A DNA stretch of 64,000 bases from an uncultured virus (IMG/VR IMGVR_UViG_3300033143_005075) (IMGVR_UViG_3300033143_005075:1-64000); one strand, 5' to 3'. Shown: positions 18,942 to 29,684, numbered from the stretch's first letter. Notes: generated by a model from the letters alone, not told the origin. Translations and numbers: made by a program.

Positions 18942-19234
18942 TGTTGCCAGTTCAGGATGAAAGAAACTTAGCAGCACTAGCTGCCATAGTATACCAAGCA
19001 GGCGGAAGAATAGAAGTACCACTCAGTTTAGTTCAAGACTGCTATGGCGCAGGTAAGGGACTGATGATATATGTATCATCAGACCAGCAAAATCTAATTA
19101 CTGAACTCGTAGATGGAAAGGGCGAAGCAAGGGTTCTAGCTTCAGTGCGTGCCATCAAAGAGGAAAACATAAGACGAGAGAAGTTACCAACAGATCCTAA
19201 CTTCATCTTCGATCCAACACTCAAGGAAAAATAG
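18941..19234 (+). CDS. hypothetical protein
   Basis: Coupled ORF; C-terminal FIFDP. Confidence 0.6.
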   Translation: MLPVQDERNLAALAAIVYQAGGRIEVPLSLVQDCYGAGKGLMIYVSSDQQNLITELVDGKGEARVLASVRAIKEENIRREKLPTDPNFIFDPTLKEK

Positions 19235-19243
19235 GGAGGAATC

Positions 19244-20221
19244 ATGAAAGTCATTGCTAAAGTGACCGTTGGGTCGCATCTGTACGGTACCGCTTTGCCC
19301 ACATCAGATACAGACCTTAAGGAAGTATACATCCCTGATATCGATGACATTCTTCTTCAGAATGCAGACAAAATCACTCGTAACAATAACGTCGATGATC
19401 TAGACATCGAACGCCTTCCCTTGCACAGATATATACAGTTACTCATGGAAGGACAGACTTCCGCGCATGATATGCTATTTGCTCCTGATAATATGGTTCA
19501 TGATGCTACAGATGACTGGCATAAACTGGTTGAAGTAGGCAGGAAGCATTTCATCAGCAAGAATGTCACAAAAATGGTGGGATTCTGCAAAGCACAAGCC
19601 TATATGTATTGTGTCAAAGCTGAGAGAATGAAAGTAGCACAGACTATACATGATATCCTACTTCCATATTCCAAAAGAGACCCCGATTGCAAAGGATCTC
19701 CTCCCCTAAAGATCAAGGACTGCGAAATTGACATCACCAAATCTCCTAAAGAGCATATATCTTTCGAAGAGATTATACATAAAGATGGCACAGGCAGAAA
19801 GGAAAAATACCTTAAGGTATGTGGCAAAATGATCTCTGAGAATGATTCTATAGAACAAGCAGTCAAGATCATCAAAAACATTCTCAGCAAGTATGGTAAA
19901 CGCGTAAAGAAAGCAGCCAACATGGAGTACAACGACTGGAAAGCATTGATGCACGCCGTACGTGTAGCTGAAGAAGCACGTGAGCTCCTTAGGGATAAGA
20001 AAATCACATTCCCGCGGCCGAATGCAGACTTCCTATTGCAAATTAAGACAGGTAAGATCAAGTTCTATGTAATTGATACGATCATTACGACAACTATTAG
20101 TCAGATCGAAGGACTTATGAAGACATCAAATCTTCCTGACAAACCGATGTCAACACTAGCGCAGAAGTTTGTCACTGATATCTACAGAAGGGAGATTAAT
20201 AATGCAAAAGAAGAAAAGTAA
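19244..20221 (+). CDS. nucleotidyltransferase (DNA pol beta superfamily, phage type)
   Basis: GSHLYGT-x4-SDTD signature; DWKALMHAVR; FPRP. Confidence 0.85.
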   Translation: MKVIAKVTVGSHLYGTALPTSDTDLKEVYIPDIDDILLQNADKITRNNNVDDLDIERLPLHRYIQLLMEGQTSAHDMLFAPDNMVHDATDDWHKLVEVGRKHFISKNVTKMVGFCKAQAYMYCVKAERMKVAQTIHDILLPYSKRDPDCKGSPPLKIKDCEIDITKSPKEHISFEEIIHKDGTGRKEKYLKVCGKMISENDSIEQAVKIIKNILSKYGKRVKKAANMEYNDWKALMHAVRVAEEARELLRDKKITFPRPNADFLLQIKTGKIKFYVIDTIITTTISQIEGLMKTSNLPDKPMSTLAQKFVTDIYRREINNAKEEK

Positions 20222-20858
20222 AGAACAAGAGATCTTCAACCTACTCAACTCAATAGGAGAGAAGTTCAAAGATATCTGGGACATACTAAAGAAGATCGTA
20301 CAGTTACTATTAAACACGGTAAATGGAACATATGTTGTCGCTGGGGGACTAATCTTTCTCTTTCTTATTGCATCGGTTACAACTATAACATGTAATACTA
20401 ATCTCACACATGAGCCTAAGCTAGATCCTAAGACTTTAGTCGTGCCACCACAAGTAGAACATCCAAAGTTTGAAAATGATGATCTTCACTGGAAGGTTGA
20501 GAAAATGTTGGCAATCAACGATCGTGACGACATCAGCGGGAAGGGATACTTTAACTCAAGCCATGAGAGCATATGGGTTAAAGATCCAGATGAAAACTGG
20601 GGCGATAGTGCCGATCGGGTCCGCGGGAGGTCACTCATCGACGGCATTCAGATCCGAATCTGGGATCCTGTTACGAAGAAACAAAACACGTTCATATTTA
20701 GTGAGAAAGATGCTATGGAACTCTCATCCAGTACTAACAGGAATGACCTAAGAGCTGCAGGATTCATACTTAGGAAACTACGCCGCTCAATACCAGAGAG
20801 CATCAAAAAGAGATTCCCCAAAACATATGGGGATGAGGAGGAAGAGGATGACGATTAA
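20202..20858 (+). CDS. membrane-anchored hypothetical protein
   Basis: Single TM segment; acidic tail. Confidence 0.55.
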   Translation: MQKKKSKEQEIFNLLNSIGEKFKDIWDILKKIVQLLLNTVNGTYVVAGGLIFLFLIASVTTITCNTNLTHEPKLDPKTLVVPPQVEHPKFENDDLHWKVEKMLAINDRDDISGKGYFNSSHESIWVKDPDENWGDSADRVRGRSLIDGIQIRIWDPVTKKQNTFIFSEKDAMELSSSTNRNDLRAAGFILRKLRRSIPESIKKRFPKTYGDEEEEDDD

Positions 20859-20888
20859 AGATGGACTTAAGCAGGCAGGAGAGAATCG

Positions 20889-22757
20889 GTGAAACTAAAA
20901 CGACTAACAATTAAGGACTTCAGAAACCACGAGAACACTGACATAAAGATTCCACACGCGCTCATCATTACCGGACCAGAAGGGTCCGGGAAGAGCACTA
21001 TCAGGTACGCTCTTGAGGTAGCACTTAGGGGCAACGCCAGCTTCCCAGACTCTAGACCCCTCGTAAGAAGAGGACAGAAGGAAGCCAGAGTCAAGGCCGA
21101 GTTTGCTATGGGTGAATCTACGCGTATCATTGAGAAGATCATCCCAGTGGATCCCTCCAAACCACAACGTACCAACCTCATGAATCATCAAGCACTTCTC
21201 GATTTCGTGGGCGTCGACAAAGATGTTGCCCAGGTCCTTTGTAGTACCCACCGCTTCGAGAACATGACCAAGGACGAACGTGTACGAATGTTCTCCAAGC
21301 TAGTCCTTGGTCAGATCACACTTAAGACCATTAAGGATGAAGTCATCGCCGGTATTCGTGAAGAACATAAGGAAGCAACCAAAGCATTGCTCAATGCTGA
21401 TGACATGGATGCTGGTGGAAACGATGCTCTTGCTATATACAAACAGCTCGGCGCCGCGGTGAGGACAAAGAGATCCAAGCTTGACGTTAGTCTAGAACTC
21501 CAGCAAGAAGCGAGAGACAAACTTACTGTCAACCTCGAAGAGGCAAAGAAAGAACACAAGGAACCTACAAATAATACTGACGAGATCGCACAATGGTGGG
21601 AGGACAATGCAAATCTCAACGTCATAAAACCTGATCTTGAAGGAAAGAAAGAGAATCTTATAGAAATAAAGAAACGCATCGAGACCATAACAAATAGTAT
21701 TACATCCAAAGAAGAGTTCGATAAGAAGAAGGAACCGCACACGAAAGCTATAACTGAAGCACATATGAGACAGGAAGCTCTCAATTCGGATGAACTTGAC
21801 AAAGAATGGACAAGACTCTTCTCTCTTGTTGAAAGTCTGAAGAAAGCTGATCCTTCTAAAGTGCCTTGTCCGCACTTCGGAGGATGCCAACTATCAGAAA
21901 CCAAACTCTCCGCATTAATCTCTGATAACTTGGAGAAGACACAAGAAGAACTAAAGAAAGCAAATGCAGCTAGCGAAATTGCTCTTGAAGCATATGATAC
22001 ATTCCAGGGGAAATGTGACATCGCAACTGAAGCCTTGCTCGAAATCAAAAAAGAAGAGGAAGCATCACAAGCCTTGGAGAAGACATTAGCCCTTCTGAAA
22101 TCATCACAGGAAAGAACAGAGAAGACAATCGAAAGTATCGAAGCATCTGTTACTAGCCTTGAGGAAGCAGTTAAGGGAAAGGACTTCTCTAGTATTCAAC
22201 AAGTCAGTGAGACTACGTCTCCTGCTAGTATTGAGAAACAGATAACAGATGCGGACAGAGTAATCAATAAGGGATCGAAAGAGTTAACTCTCTGGGAGAT
22301 GCTACAGAAGGAGCTTAGACCTACGGCAGCATGGAGAAGAATGGTCATGTCCAGAATGAAGCCTCTCGCTAATGAAATCAAAGTATGGGGAAAACATCTT
22401 GCTAATACAGATGATATTACACTATCTCCTGATGAGGTTGACCTAGTTGTTCATGATCTACCATTTGATTATCTATCTGAGAGCGAACGCTACAAAATAT
22501 GTGTTGCAGTACAACAAGCTATCTCTAAAGTATCTAAAGCGGGCATCGTAATTATCGATGACATCAGAAGAGTCATAGATATTAGTCCAATTACATCTAT
22601 GGCTAAAGAAATCGCAAAGGATACAGAGTGCACCATTATCGTAATCTCTCCAGAGGATCTCGATATCGAAGGCTTCGAGAAAATCAACATCAAAGAAGGG
22701 AAGGTAGGAAATGGAACTGACATCAACACTAAAAGCAATGCTGAAGGGGAGAATTGA
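20889..22757 (+). CDS. Rad50/SbcC-like SMC ATPase
   Basis: IKDFRNH, GPEGSGKS Walker A, long coiled coil with central CPHFGGC hook, LSESE signature, IIIDD Walker B. Confidence 0.85.
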   Translation: MKLKRLTIKDFRNHENTDIKIPHALIITGPEGSGKSTIRYALEVALRGNASFPDSRPLVRRGQKEARVKAEFAMGESTRIIEKIIPVDPSKPQRTNLMNHQALLDFVGVDKDVAQVLCSTHRFENMTKDERVRMFSKLVLGQITLKTIKDEVIAGIREEHKEATKALLNADDMDAGGNDALAIYKQLGAAVRTKRSKLDVSLELQQEARDKLTVNLEEAKKEHKEPTNNTDEIAQWWEDNANLNVIKPDLEGKKENLIEIKKRIETITNSITSKEEFDKKKEPHTKAITEAHMRQEALNSDELDKEWTRLFSLVESLKKADPSKVPCPHFGGCQLSETKLSALISDNLEKTQEELKKANAASEIALEAYDTFQGKCDIATEALLEIKKEEEASQALEKTLALLKSSQERTEKTIESIEASVTSLEEAVKGKDFSSIQQVSETTSPASIEKQITDADRVINKGSKELTLWEMLQKELRPTAAWRRMVMSRMKPLANEIKVWGKHLANTDDITLSPDEVDLVVHDLPFDYLSESERYKICVAVQQAISKVSKAGIVIIDDIRRVIDISPITSMAKEIAKDTECTIIVISPEDLDIEGFEKINIKEGKVGNGTDINTKSNAEGEN

Positions 22758-23040
22758 TGATCTTCAGGAAATTCTAAACAGATACAAGAAAACTCTTAAT
22801 GAAATTGGATGTGAGGAAGAAGACATCATCACGCATGCAAAATCCCTCTATAAAGAGGGAGATGATTATCATGGTGAAGATTATATCAGCCAAATGAATT
22901 ATGTTCTAGATCCTCTAGTCCAGAGAATCAGACATACTGATGATGATTGGAGTATCGTTCTTATCCTTCAACATCTAGAAGATAAGCTAAAACGCACCAG
23001 ATCCAAGCTGGAGAAGGAAGTGTCCCTTAAAGGGGACTAA
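22711..23040 (+). CDS. hypothetical protein
   Basis: ORF track. Confidence 0.55.
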   Translation: MELTSTLKAMLKGRIDDLQEILNRYKKTLNEIGCEEEDIITHAKSLYKEGDDYHGEDYISQMNYVLDPLVQRIRHTDDDWSIVLILQHLEDKLKRTRSKLEKEVSLKGD

Positions 23041-23058
23041 AACCGTTCCCCGCAATAA
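23026..23058 (+). promoter_or_regulatory. conserved 33-bp upstream motif, copy 2
   Basis: CTTAAAGGGGACTAAAACCGTTCCCCGCAATAA. Confidence 0.5.
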
Positions 23059-23078
23059 TTTTTCCGAAGGAGCTTGAC

Positions 23079-23390
23079 ATGGAGATAAAGATCACAGACA
23101 AAGAAGGACATGAAAAAGTTGACAGATTCATTCGTGCAGCACCATTCGAACATGCATTTGCAGAAGCAAGTGCACGTATGCGCAAACATGAGATCATAAA
23201 GATCAACGCTAGCTATAACGGATTCGTATTCTCACTGAGTGCAGGAGACGGTCACATTACACTCAATGGTACAGTCCCAAAAGAGTTGATTCCAATGACG
23301 GGTCACGGATCAATCACACTGTCAGATTCAGGTGTCATGGCAGTAGACTTCGAAGTCCCGGAGGCATGGCTCTATGGCAAGAAAGATTAA
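23079..23390 (+). CDS. hypothetical protein
   Basis: AAGGAG RBS. Confidence 0.6.
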   Translation: MEIKITDKEGHEKVDRFIRAAPFEHAFAEASARMRKHEIIKINASYNGFVFSLSAGDGHITLNGTVPKELIPMTGHGSITLSDSGVMAVDFEVPEAWLYGKKD

Positions 23391-23646
23391 GGAGGCAGAG
23401 GGTATGAGCAATACTATCAAGAACATTATACTAACATTGATGATCGTAGCTGTCGGTTTCTTTGCTGGCATTACTACTAAAAACAATTCGATGCATAAAA
23501 AGTACGTATGTATTGAGCGTGTAGAATTCCCCAGTCATATTGACGGGGAAGAACTCACAGATGAGAAGATTAAGCAAACCATTACTTTAGCATTTCGAAT
23601 GATCCAGATTAATAAAGAAGCAAGGAGAAATAATGAATCACACTGA
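23374..23646 (+). CDS. small membrane protein
   Basis: Hydrophobic helix near the N-terminus. Confidence 0.5.
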   Translation: MARKIKEAEGMSNTIKNIILTLMIVAVGFFAGITTKNNSMHKKYVCIERVEFPSHIDGEELTDEKIKQTITLAFRMIQINKEARRNNESH

Positions 23647-24649
23647 AACTAAGAGCAAACACATTAAAGCAATACACGATGGCATAATCATCTGGGATAA
23701 ATTTGAATATGGAGAATTCAGGAAGAGAGTTCTCGAGGAAGAGGGAGAGAAACGTGAAGGTGTTGCTTATGTATCACCGAGCAGTGCTAGTGTCATGATT
23801 CCCGGTCCTGGTGAATTCTCCAGACTAGAAGGATCATGTCGAAGATCTGTCTGGTTAAAGAAAATGGGCTTCGAAGTTACCGACCCACCTAATGCCGCAG
23901 GGAGAAGAAAGATGGCAATGGGAAAAGCTATTGAAGCACAAGAGCACGAATATTCTCATCATGCTGGTATTCTAGTGAACAAAAACGTACGGTTAACACA
24001 TATGCTTACTCCCACATGTATTCTCAAGATGGAAGTCGACTCAGTTCTTAAGGACGGAGATGATAAATACATCAACGAAATCAAGAGTTTCTATGGATAC
24101 TGGGCAAAGAAACAAGTCTTTGGAACAAAGACAAATCCAGGTGGTCGACCAAAGATCGGGCATCTCATGCAGGCACTAATATATCTCCAAGTTCTCAGAG
24201 AGAAAGATACCACTATAAAATATGCATTGCTCCATTACATAGATAGGAGTGACGCTGAAGAGGGAACATTTATCATTGAGCTCGAAGAAGTAAAGGATGA
24301 CGACGGCAAAGTAATTAATGGTTATCCTATCATCGACGGACAAACCTATAAAGATGTCTCGTTAAGAGATATCTACTCAAGATATCTTGAGCTAGGTGAA
24401 CATATGGTCAATAAGACTATTCCACCTCGAGATGCAGATCCATGTTGGAGTGAAGCTAAGATTCAAGCAATGAGAAACGCCGAATTCATGACCAAGAAAG
24501 CATTTACAGACTGGCAAAACAATAAGCTATCTCCCAAAGACTGGCAATGTGGATATTGTGATCATAAAGCTCTCTGTCTAGGCAGATCTGGCAAAGAACC
24601 ATATCCCTCTGATGAGGAAATTATGAAGACATTTCCTCGAAAAAAGTAG
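23633..24649 (+). CDS. Cas4-like / PD-(D/E)XK exonuclease
   Basis: SPSSA...C-R, GKAIE, EVD...EIKS, Q-x-x-x-Y and C-terminal WQCGYC-x5-C. Confidence 0.8.
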   Translation: MNHTETKSKHIKAIHDGIIIWDKFEYGEFRKRVLEEEGEKREGVAYVSPSSASVMIPGPGEFSRLEGSCRRSVWLKKMGFEVTDPPNAAGRRKMAMGKAIEAQEHEYSHHAGILVNKNVRLTHMLTPTCILKMEVDSVLKDGDDKYINEIKSFYGYWAKKQVFGTKTNPGGRPKIGHLMQALIYLQVLREKDTTIKYALLHYIDRSDAEEGTFIIELEEVKDDDGKVINGYPIIDGQTYKDVSLRDIYSRYLELGEHMVNKTIPPRDADPCWSEAKIQAMRNAEFMTKKAFTDWQNNKLSPKDWQCGYCDHKALCLGRSGKEPYPSDEEIMKTFPRKK

Positions 24650-24678
24650 TTGACATATTACAGATGATCATTTACAAT
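24650..24678 (+). promoter_or_regulatory. sigma70-type promoter
   Basis: TTGACA-17 nt-TACAAT, near consensus, in the intergenic gap. Confidence 0.7.
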
Positions 24679-24800
24679 TGCTTCAACGTGTTAAACATAA
24701 TAGCATATGTACGATGCACTGCTTCCTCCCTTGGGTTTCTGGCGCTCTTTCTCCCTGCCGAAGCAGCTTTAAAAAGAGCGCTACTATTAACCTTTAACAT

Positions 24801-25019
24801 ATGAATACATACGAAATAATAAACAAGCTAGATACAGCGTTAGTCAGAACGCATGCTATCATTATTGAACACAAAGAAGTGGAAGAAGCTAAGGGGAAAG
24901 AGGTCTTATGGAAAGCACTCCGAGCATCTATCCTCGAAGCTGACAATCTTATGTATGAATTAATGAAAGACATTAAACACCCAGACTTGAAGGGCTGGGA
25001 AACACGAAGAGGATACTAG
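24801..25019 (+). CDS. hypothetical protein
   Basis: ORF track. Confidence 0.55.
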   Translation: MNTYEIINKLDTALVRTHAIIIEHKEVEEAKGKEVLWKALRASILEADNLMYELMKDIKHPDLKGWETRRGY

Positions 25020-25028
25020 GAGACTAAG

Positions 25029-25337
25029 ATGCCAGATCAGCCAGTAAGTACAAATCCATTTGATATTCCAGCCGGAAAAGAACCAACAATAGCTCAACTG
25101 AAAGCCATGCTTTCAGCGATCGTTACTGTACAAGAAGCAACGATCCGAGTCTTGGAAAAGAAAGGTGTTCTAACTAAAGATGAAATCTCGACAGAGTCTG
25201 CAAACATGTTAAAGAGCTTCACCGAAGCATTTCAGAAACAAGCAGCTCAAAAAGCAGAGAAGAAAGAATCAACAAACGATGAAGCAGTTGATCCGACACC
25301 AGGAGATCCAAATGCGAATAACGGAGAAAATAGCTAG
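25029..25337 (+). CDS. hypothetical protein
   Basis: AGGAG RBS. Confidence 0.6.
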   Translation: MPDQPVSTNPFDIPAGKEPTIAQLKAMLSAIVTVQEATIRVLEKKGVLTKDEISTESANMLKSFTEAFQKQAAQKAEKKESTNDEAVDPTPGDPNANNGENS

Positions 25338-25785
25338 CACCTGTTATGATATTCTTGATGGAGATATGACTGGCTCAGATGTAACGAGCTTTATGAAGGT
25401 TCGTCTTTATGGTGGAGAAGAGTATGCTCGCTTAATGGTAGTAAGTGATGGAACTCAAGTCCTCTTATACTATAGGAAATCTCCAGAAGGAAATGACATT
25501 AGTATAAACTTCCTTCCTGTACAGATGAATGAAAACAATGATACAGTGTCTGTGTACTTCAGGAAGGATAAGGAAACACTCAGAATGATGATGAAGATGG
25601 GAGACAAAGTTATTCCATTCAAATCTGTTACTCTTAGGAATCTTAAGAATATTCTTGGTACAGCATGTAATATTTCTCCAGATGATGGTATTATTAATGT
25701 TCGGGATATCATCATGGATCCAGAGTATATCATACAGACTACAGATACAATTATACTGGAGAAGGATGATGAAAGTACCTCTTAA
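25279..25785 (+). CDS. hypothetical protein (start possibly 25312)
   Basis: ORF track. Confidence 0.55.
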   Translation: MKQLIRHQEIQMRITEKIASTCYDILDGDMTGSDVTSFMKVRLYGGEEYARLMVVSDGTQVLLYYRKSPEGNDISINFLPVQMNENNDTVSVYFRKDKETLRMMMKMGDKVIPFKSVTLRNLKNILGTACNISPDDGIINVRDIIMDPEYIIQTTDTIILEKDDESTS

Positions 25786-28216
25786 CATCTTTCCATTCCA
25801 AGATCTCTTACATATTGTCCAAGAAGATGGTACTATTGCTATCACTCATCCCCCCAAAGTACCAAAGTATGACATCGTAGAAGTAGGAGACAAGAGTGCG
25901 TTTGTCGTTGGTCGCGGATGGAAACAAGTCAATGAACGAATGCTCTCACTAAGAGATTGGTCTAAACAATGTGCATCCTATCCATTTGGATATATGGCTC
26001 ACCTATATGTCACAAATCCTGACTTTGTAAAGAAAGCTACATGGGAGAGAGAACCCAGGATCATGCGCTTAGATATTGAGGTAGCATCCGACGGCTCTGG
26101 TATGTTCCCGCGGGCAGAGCGCAATGCTGCAGCCATGATAGGATACAAGATGTCTGGAGACAAGGATGTTACTATTCTTGACAGCTTTGATATGAGAGCC
26201 AAAGGCATGGAGGATACTCAGTTACTACGAGACTTCATGAGTAAGATCAATGAACTAGACCCAGACATTATTGTCACATATAACGGATGGAAGTTTGATA
26301 TTCCATATCTTAGAACAAGAATGGAAATCTGCAAGGTTCCACATAATGAACTTTTCATCCGAAAGGGATTCAAACCTGATGAAGGAATTACAATACCAGG
26401 AGATCACCTCACTAAGATACTAGCTATGACTGAGGGAAAGAACGCTCGATCTAATATGGCTGGCCGACTAAGCTATGATATATATGCAGTTGATGTTATG
26501 AAAGACCAGAAGCTGATGGGTCTCGAAAACAAGAAGATGAAGACACTAGCCAAGTACTTTCTTACTGACAAAGAGAGTGACTCCATCATTGAACTTGAGA
26601 CAGGTATCAAAAACATCATGGATATGATGAAGACTGAATCCGGCAGAAGCGAACTCAGAGAGTATCTCACATCAGATGTTAACATCACAGAACGACTTGA
26701 ACAAGTCTACATAGGACAGAACATAGAGTTCGCTGAGAAACTAAATGTTCCCTTGGGACAAATTATGAGCCGCACTAGTGGTGGTATTGCGACACTTCAT
26801 ATGATGAAAGAGATGCTAAAGAGCGATATCATTGCGGTTGATAATAATTACTCCAGATATTATGATGAGTTCTATAAACTCTCACTAGAAAACGGATTCA
26901 GTAAAGACTTCCAAGGAGCTCTCGTAGGTATTTATCGAACAGGTAAGATCAAGAACATGAAGAAGTATGATTTTAGATCACTGTATCCCTCCTTGATCCA
27001 AACGTTTAACCTTAGCTACGAAACAGTAAGGTTCGATTCCATCAATGATATTCTTTCTTATCAAGAAGACTTTATAATAAACAAAGACGAACAGAATAAT
27101 GAGTTAATCCTAGGTATTCCAGATGAAATCCTAAAGAGAACCATCGTAGTTCACATTGATCTATCAGAGAGAGGCATGGTTCCAAAGATGCTTGATAGCT
27201 TACTTGATGAAAGAAGCAAGCTTAAGGAAGAGATCAAGGGACTTGAGAAAGGTGACATCAAGTTCCAGAAGCTAGATTCACAGCAGTGGTATATAAAGGT
27301 GTGTGCCAATTCAGCATATGGTATTCTTGCAAACAGATACACCATTGGATACCTTCCTATAGGTATTACAATTACTGGCATGGGTAGATACTTTCTTAAG
27401 GAGGTTATGCAATTCCTCCGAGATAAATCCGGACCAGAATGTGTAATAGAAGTAGATACTGATGGTGTTATCACGACAGCAGATTTGCCGGTTAAGGAAA
27501 TCAACACATATATACAAGAGATAGTTAAAACAAAGTTTGGTATCACAGATAACAAACTTGAGCTCGAAGAAGAAGAGTTTGATGCTGGATACTTCTACAA
27601 GATGAAGAACTACATTGTCAGAGAAAAAGGTGGTAAGATCATTAAGCATGGTGCAGCATTTAAATCATCAAAGGCAGCTGCTGTACACAGACGAGCAGTA
27701 AATTTCTTAACAGATTATGCTATTAATGAAACTCTTACAGCTGAACAATGCAAAACTCAGTCTCTAGACTTTGCTAACCTACCAGTTGAAGACTATATGC
27801 TTTCGATGAGAATGTCAAAGAACGTCGAAGATTATGGTATGACAGGAGGAAAGATCAAGGCACTCTCGGATGATGATAACTTCAATATGCATGCTACATC
27901 AACATTTGCTGATAGAGTAGCAACATCATCATCAAGTTTAGTAGTAAGCTTGGTAAACCAGTACCAAACATTATTCGGATTCACTCCCAGTGGAGGCGAT
28001 GTACTAGAGTACATCGTCGTGAAGAGCCCACTTACTGGGAAGAAAGAATATGAACCACTTAATGTCCACGATTCTACTCAGTTAGGTAGAATCGATAACG
28101 AATATTACTTCGAGATGGTAGAGCGTATACTTGGAGACTTGATCCACATGACAAATGAGGATCAAGAAGCAATAGAGCTGGTAGATATCTTTGATGTCTC
28201 CGGCAACATACTATAA
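25766..28216 (+). CDS. family B DNA polymerase with 3'-5' exonuclease
   Basis: ExoI LDIE, ExoII TYNGWKFD, motif A YDFRSLYPS, motif B KVCANSAYG, motif C VDTDG; start moved to the ATG after GGAGAAGG. Confidence 0.95.
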   Translation: MMKVPLNIFPFQDLLHIVQEDGTIAITHPPKVPKYDIVEVGDKSAFVVGRGWKQVNERMLSLRDWSKQCASYPFGYMAHLYVTNPDFVKKATWEREPRIMRLDIEVASDGSGMFPRAERNAAAMIGYKMSGDKDVTILDSFDMRAKGMEDTQLLRDFMSKINELDPDIIVTYNGWKFDIPYLRTRMEICKVPHNELFIRKGFKPDEGITIPGDHLTKILAMTEGKNARSNMAGRLSYDIYAVDVMKDQKLMGLENKKMKTLAKYFLTDKESDSIIELETGIKNIMDMMKTESGRSELREYLTSDVNITERLEQVYIGQNIEFAEKLNVPLGQIMSRTSGGIATLHMMKEMLKSDIIAVDNNYSRYYDEFYKLSLENGFSKDFQGALVGIYRTGKIKNMKKYDFRSLYPSLIQTFNLSYETVRFDSINDILSYQEDFIINKDEQNNELILGIPDEILKRTIVVHIDLSERGMVPKMLDSLLDERSKLKEEIKGLEKGDIKFQKLDSQQWYIKVCANSAYGILANRYTIGYLPIGITITGMGRYFLKEVMQFLRDKSGPECVIEVDTDGVITTADLPVKEINTYIQEIVKTKFGITDNKLELEEEEFDAGYFYKMKNYIVREKGGKIIKHGAAFKSSKAAAVHRRAVNFLTDYAINETLTAEQCKTQSLDFANLPVEDYMLSMRMSKNVEDYGMTGGKIKALSDDDNFNMHATSTFADRVATSSSSLVVSLVNQYQTLFGFTPSGGDVLEYIVVKSPLTGKKEYEPLNVHDSTQLGRIDNEYYFEMVERILGDLIHMTNEDQEAIELVDIFDVSGNIL

Positions 28217-28227
28217 AGGAGATCAAA

Positions 28228-28977
28228 ATGAGCGACGCAGAACTGTTCGACCCGCAGGCTAATATGAGTAATGACAAGAAGGATGGTGTTACTGATATCA
28301 CAGTAATTCTAGATAGATCAGGTTCGATGAATACAGTACTCGAGCCTACTATCACTGGTTTCAACAAGTTCATTGATGAACAGAAGGCAGTGAAAGGTAA
28401 GGCCAGAATGACTCTGGTTCAATTCGACAACCAGTATGAAGTTGTCTATAAAGACAAGGACATTCAGGACGTCCCCGAACTGACTGCAAAAACGTTCATA
28501 CCACGTGGTGGAACTGCTCTTCTAGATGCTATCGGGATGGCCGTAGCCAGCAAGAAGGAATCCATCATAAATATCGAGGAGAAACCAACCAATGTTGTTA
28601 TAGTTGTCATCACTGACGGTGAAGAGAACATGAGTATGGAATACAAACACAACCAGGTTCAAGATACCATTAACAAGCTTAAGGAACACTGGCAATTTGT
28701 ATTCCTTGGCGCCGGACAGGATGCCATCCAACAGGCAACATCCATGGGCTTTAATGCAAACATGGCTGCACACTATTCACATGACTCCGCTGGAGTACAT
28801 AAGTCATATGGTATCACATCTCGTAACGTATCTATGATGCGTTCTAACACTAATACAGACATAAACAATGCACAGATTATGTCATTCTCGACTCAAGATC
28901 GTACAGCTATGGTAGACAGTAACGATCATAACCATATCATTAGTACTACAAAAGAAGAGGACATCGAGGACAAATAG
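28228..28977 (+). CDS. von Willebrand factor A domain protein
   Basis: MIDAS DRSGSM, TALLDAIG, ITDGEEN. Confidence 0.9.
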   Translation: MSDAELFDPQANMSNDKKDGVTDITVILDRSGSMNTVLEPTITGFNKFIDEQKAVKGKARMTLVQFDNQYEVVYKDKDIQDVPELTAKTFIPRGGTALLDAIGMAVASKKESIINIEEKPTNVVIVVITDGEENMSMEYKHNQVQDTINKLKEHWQFVFLGAGQDAIQQATSMGFNANMAAHYSHDSAGVHKSYGITSRNVSMMRSNTNTDINNAQIMSFSTQDRTAMVDSNDHNHIISTTKEEDIEDK

Positions 28978-29030
28978 TGTCAATCGAGAAAATATGGGCG
29001 GGAATAAAATACCGTCTCAGGAGGAAAAAG

Positions 29031-29654
29031 ATGAGCGATAACTTTAATACTGCATATGAGCATACACTTAAGCTCGAAGGTGACTATGTAAATCATCCAG
29101 ATGATCCAGGCGGAGAGACATACCGCGGGTGTGCTCGCCGGATCTTTCCGAACTGGAAAGGCTGGATAATTATCGATAACTACAAAGTAGATATGCTTGA
29201 AATCGATCTGAAATCAAAGGCCGGAAAGAAACGGCTAGAAACTCATCTGCATGAGGATATACAACTTCAAGTAGAGGTCAAAGACTTCTACCTGACTGAG
29301 TTCTGGAAGCCACTCAAGGCAGACAAGATTGAGTCCAAGCTCATCGCCATGGAGTACTTCGATACCGCAGTTAACTGCGGACATGGAACATCAAAGAAGT
29401 TCCTTCAGAGAACCTTAAACTTCCTGAACCTGAAAGAAAAGAGATGGGACGATCTTGTCGTAGATGGCAAGGTCGGTCCCAAGACAATATCAGCATGTAA
29501 CATAGCTACTAAGAGACAAGACATCGAAGAAGCTCTTGAGTTATATCTGAACTGCCTGCAAGGAGCCAGATATGTAGAGCTCGGAGAAAAGAACGAACGA
29601 TTCGAGTCATTCGCCATAGGTTGGGCGATTAGAGCTCGATCAAATAAGGGATAG
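29031..29654 (+). CDS. glycoside hydrolase family 108 lysozyme with peptidoglycan-binding domain (endolysin)
   Basis: EGDYVNHPDDPGGET, FDTAVNCG, DGKVGPKT; AGGAGG RBS. Confidence 0.9.
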   Translation: MSDNFNTAYEHTLKLEGDYVNHPDDPGGETYRGCARRIFPNWKGWIIIDNYKVDMLEIDLKSKAGKKRLETHLHEDIQLQVEVKDFYLTEFWKPLKADKIESKLIAMEYFDTAVNCGHGTSKKFLQRTLNFLNLKEKRWDDLVVDGKVGPKTISACNIATKRQDIEEALELYLNCLQGARYVELGEKNERFESFAIGWAIRARSNKG

Positions 29655-29684
29655 CAATAACATCCCACAAGTGAGGTGTACACT

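Noticed and set aside
23633..24649. Cas4-like gene as part of a CRISPR-Cas system
   Set aside because: No cas1/cas2, effector or array in the window; solo Cas4-like nucleases are common in phages
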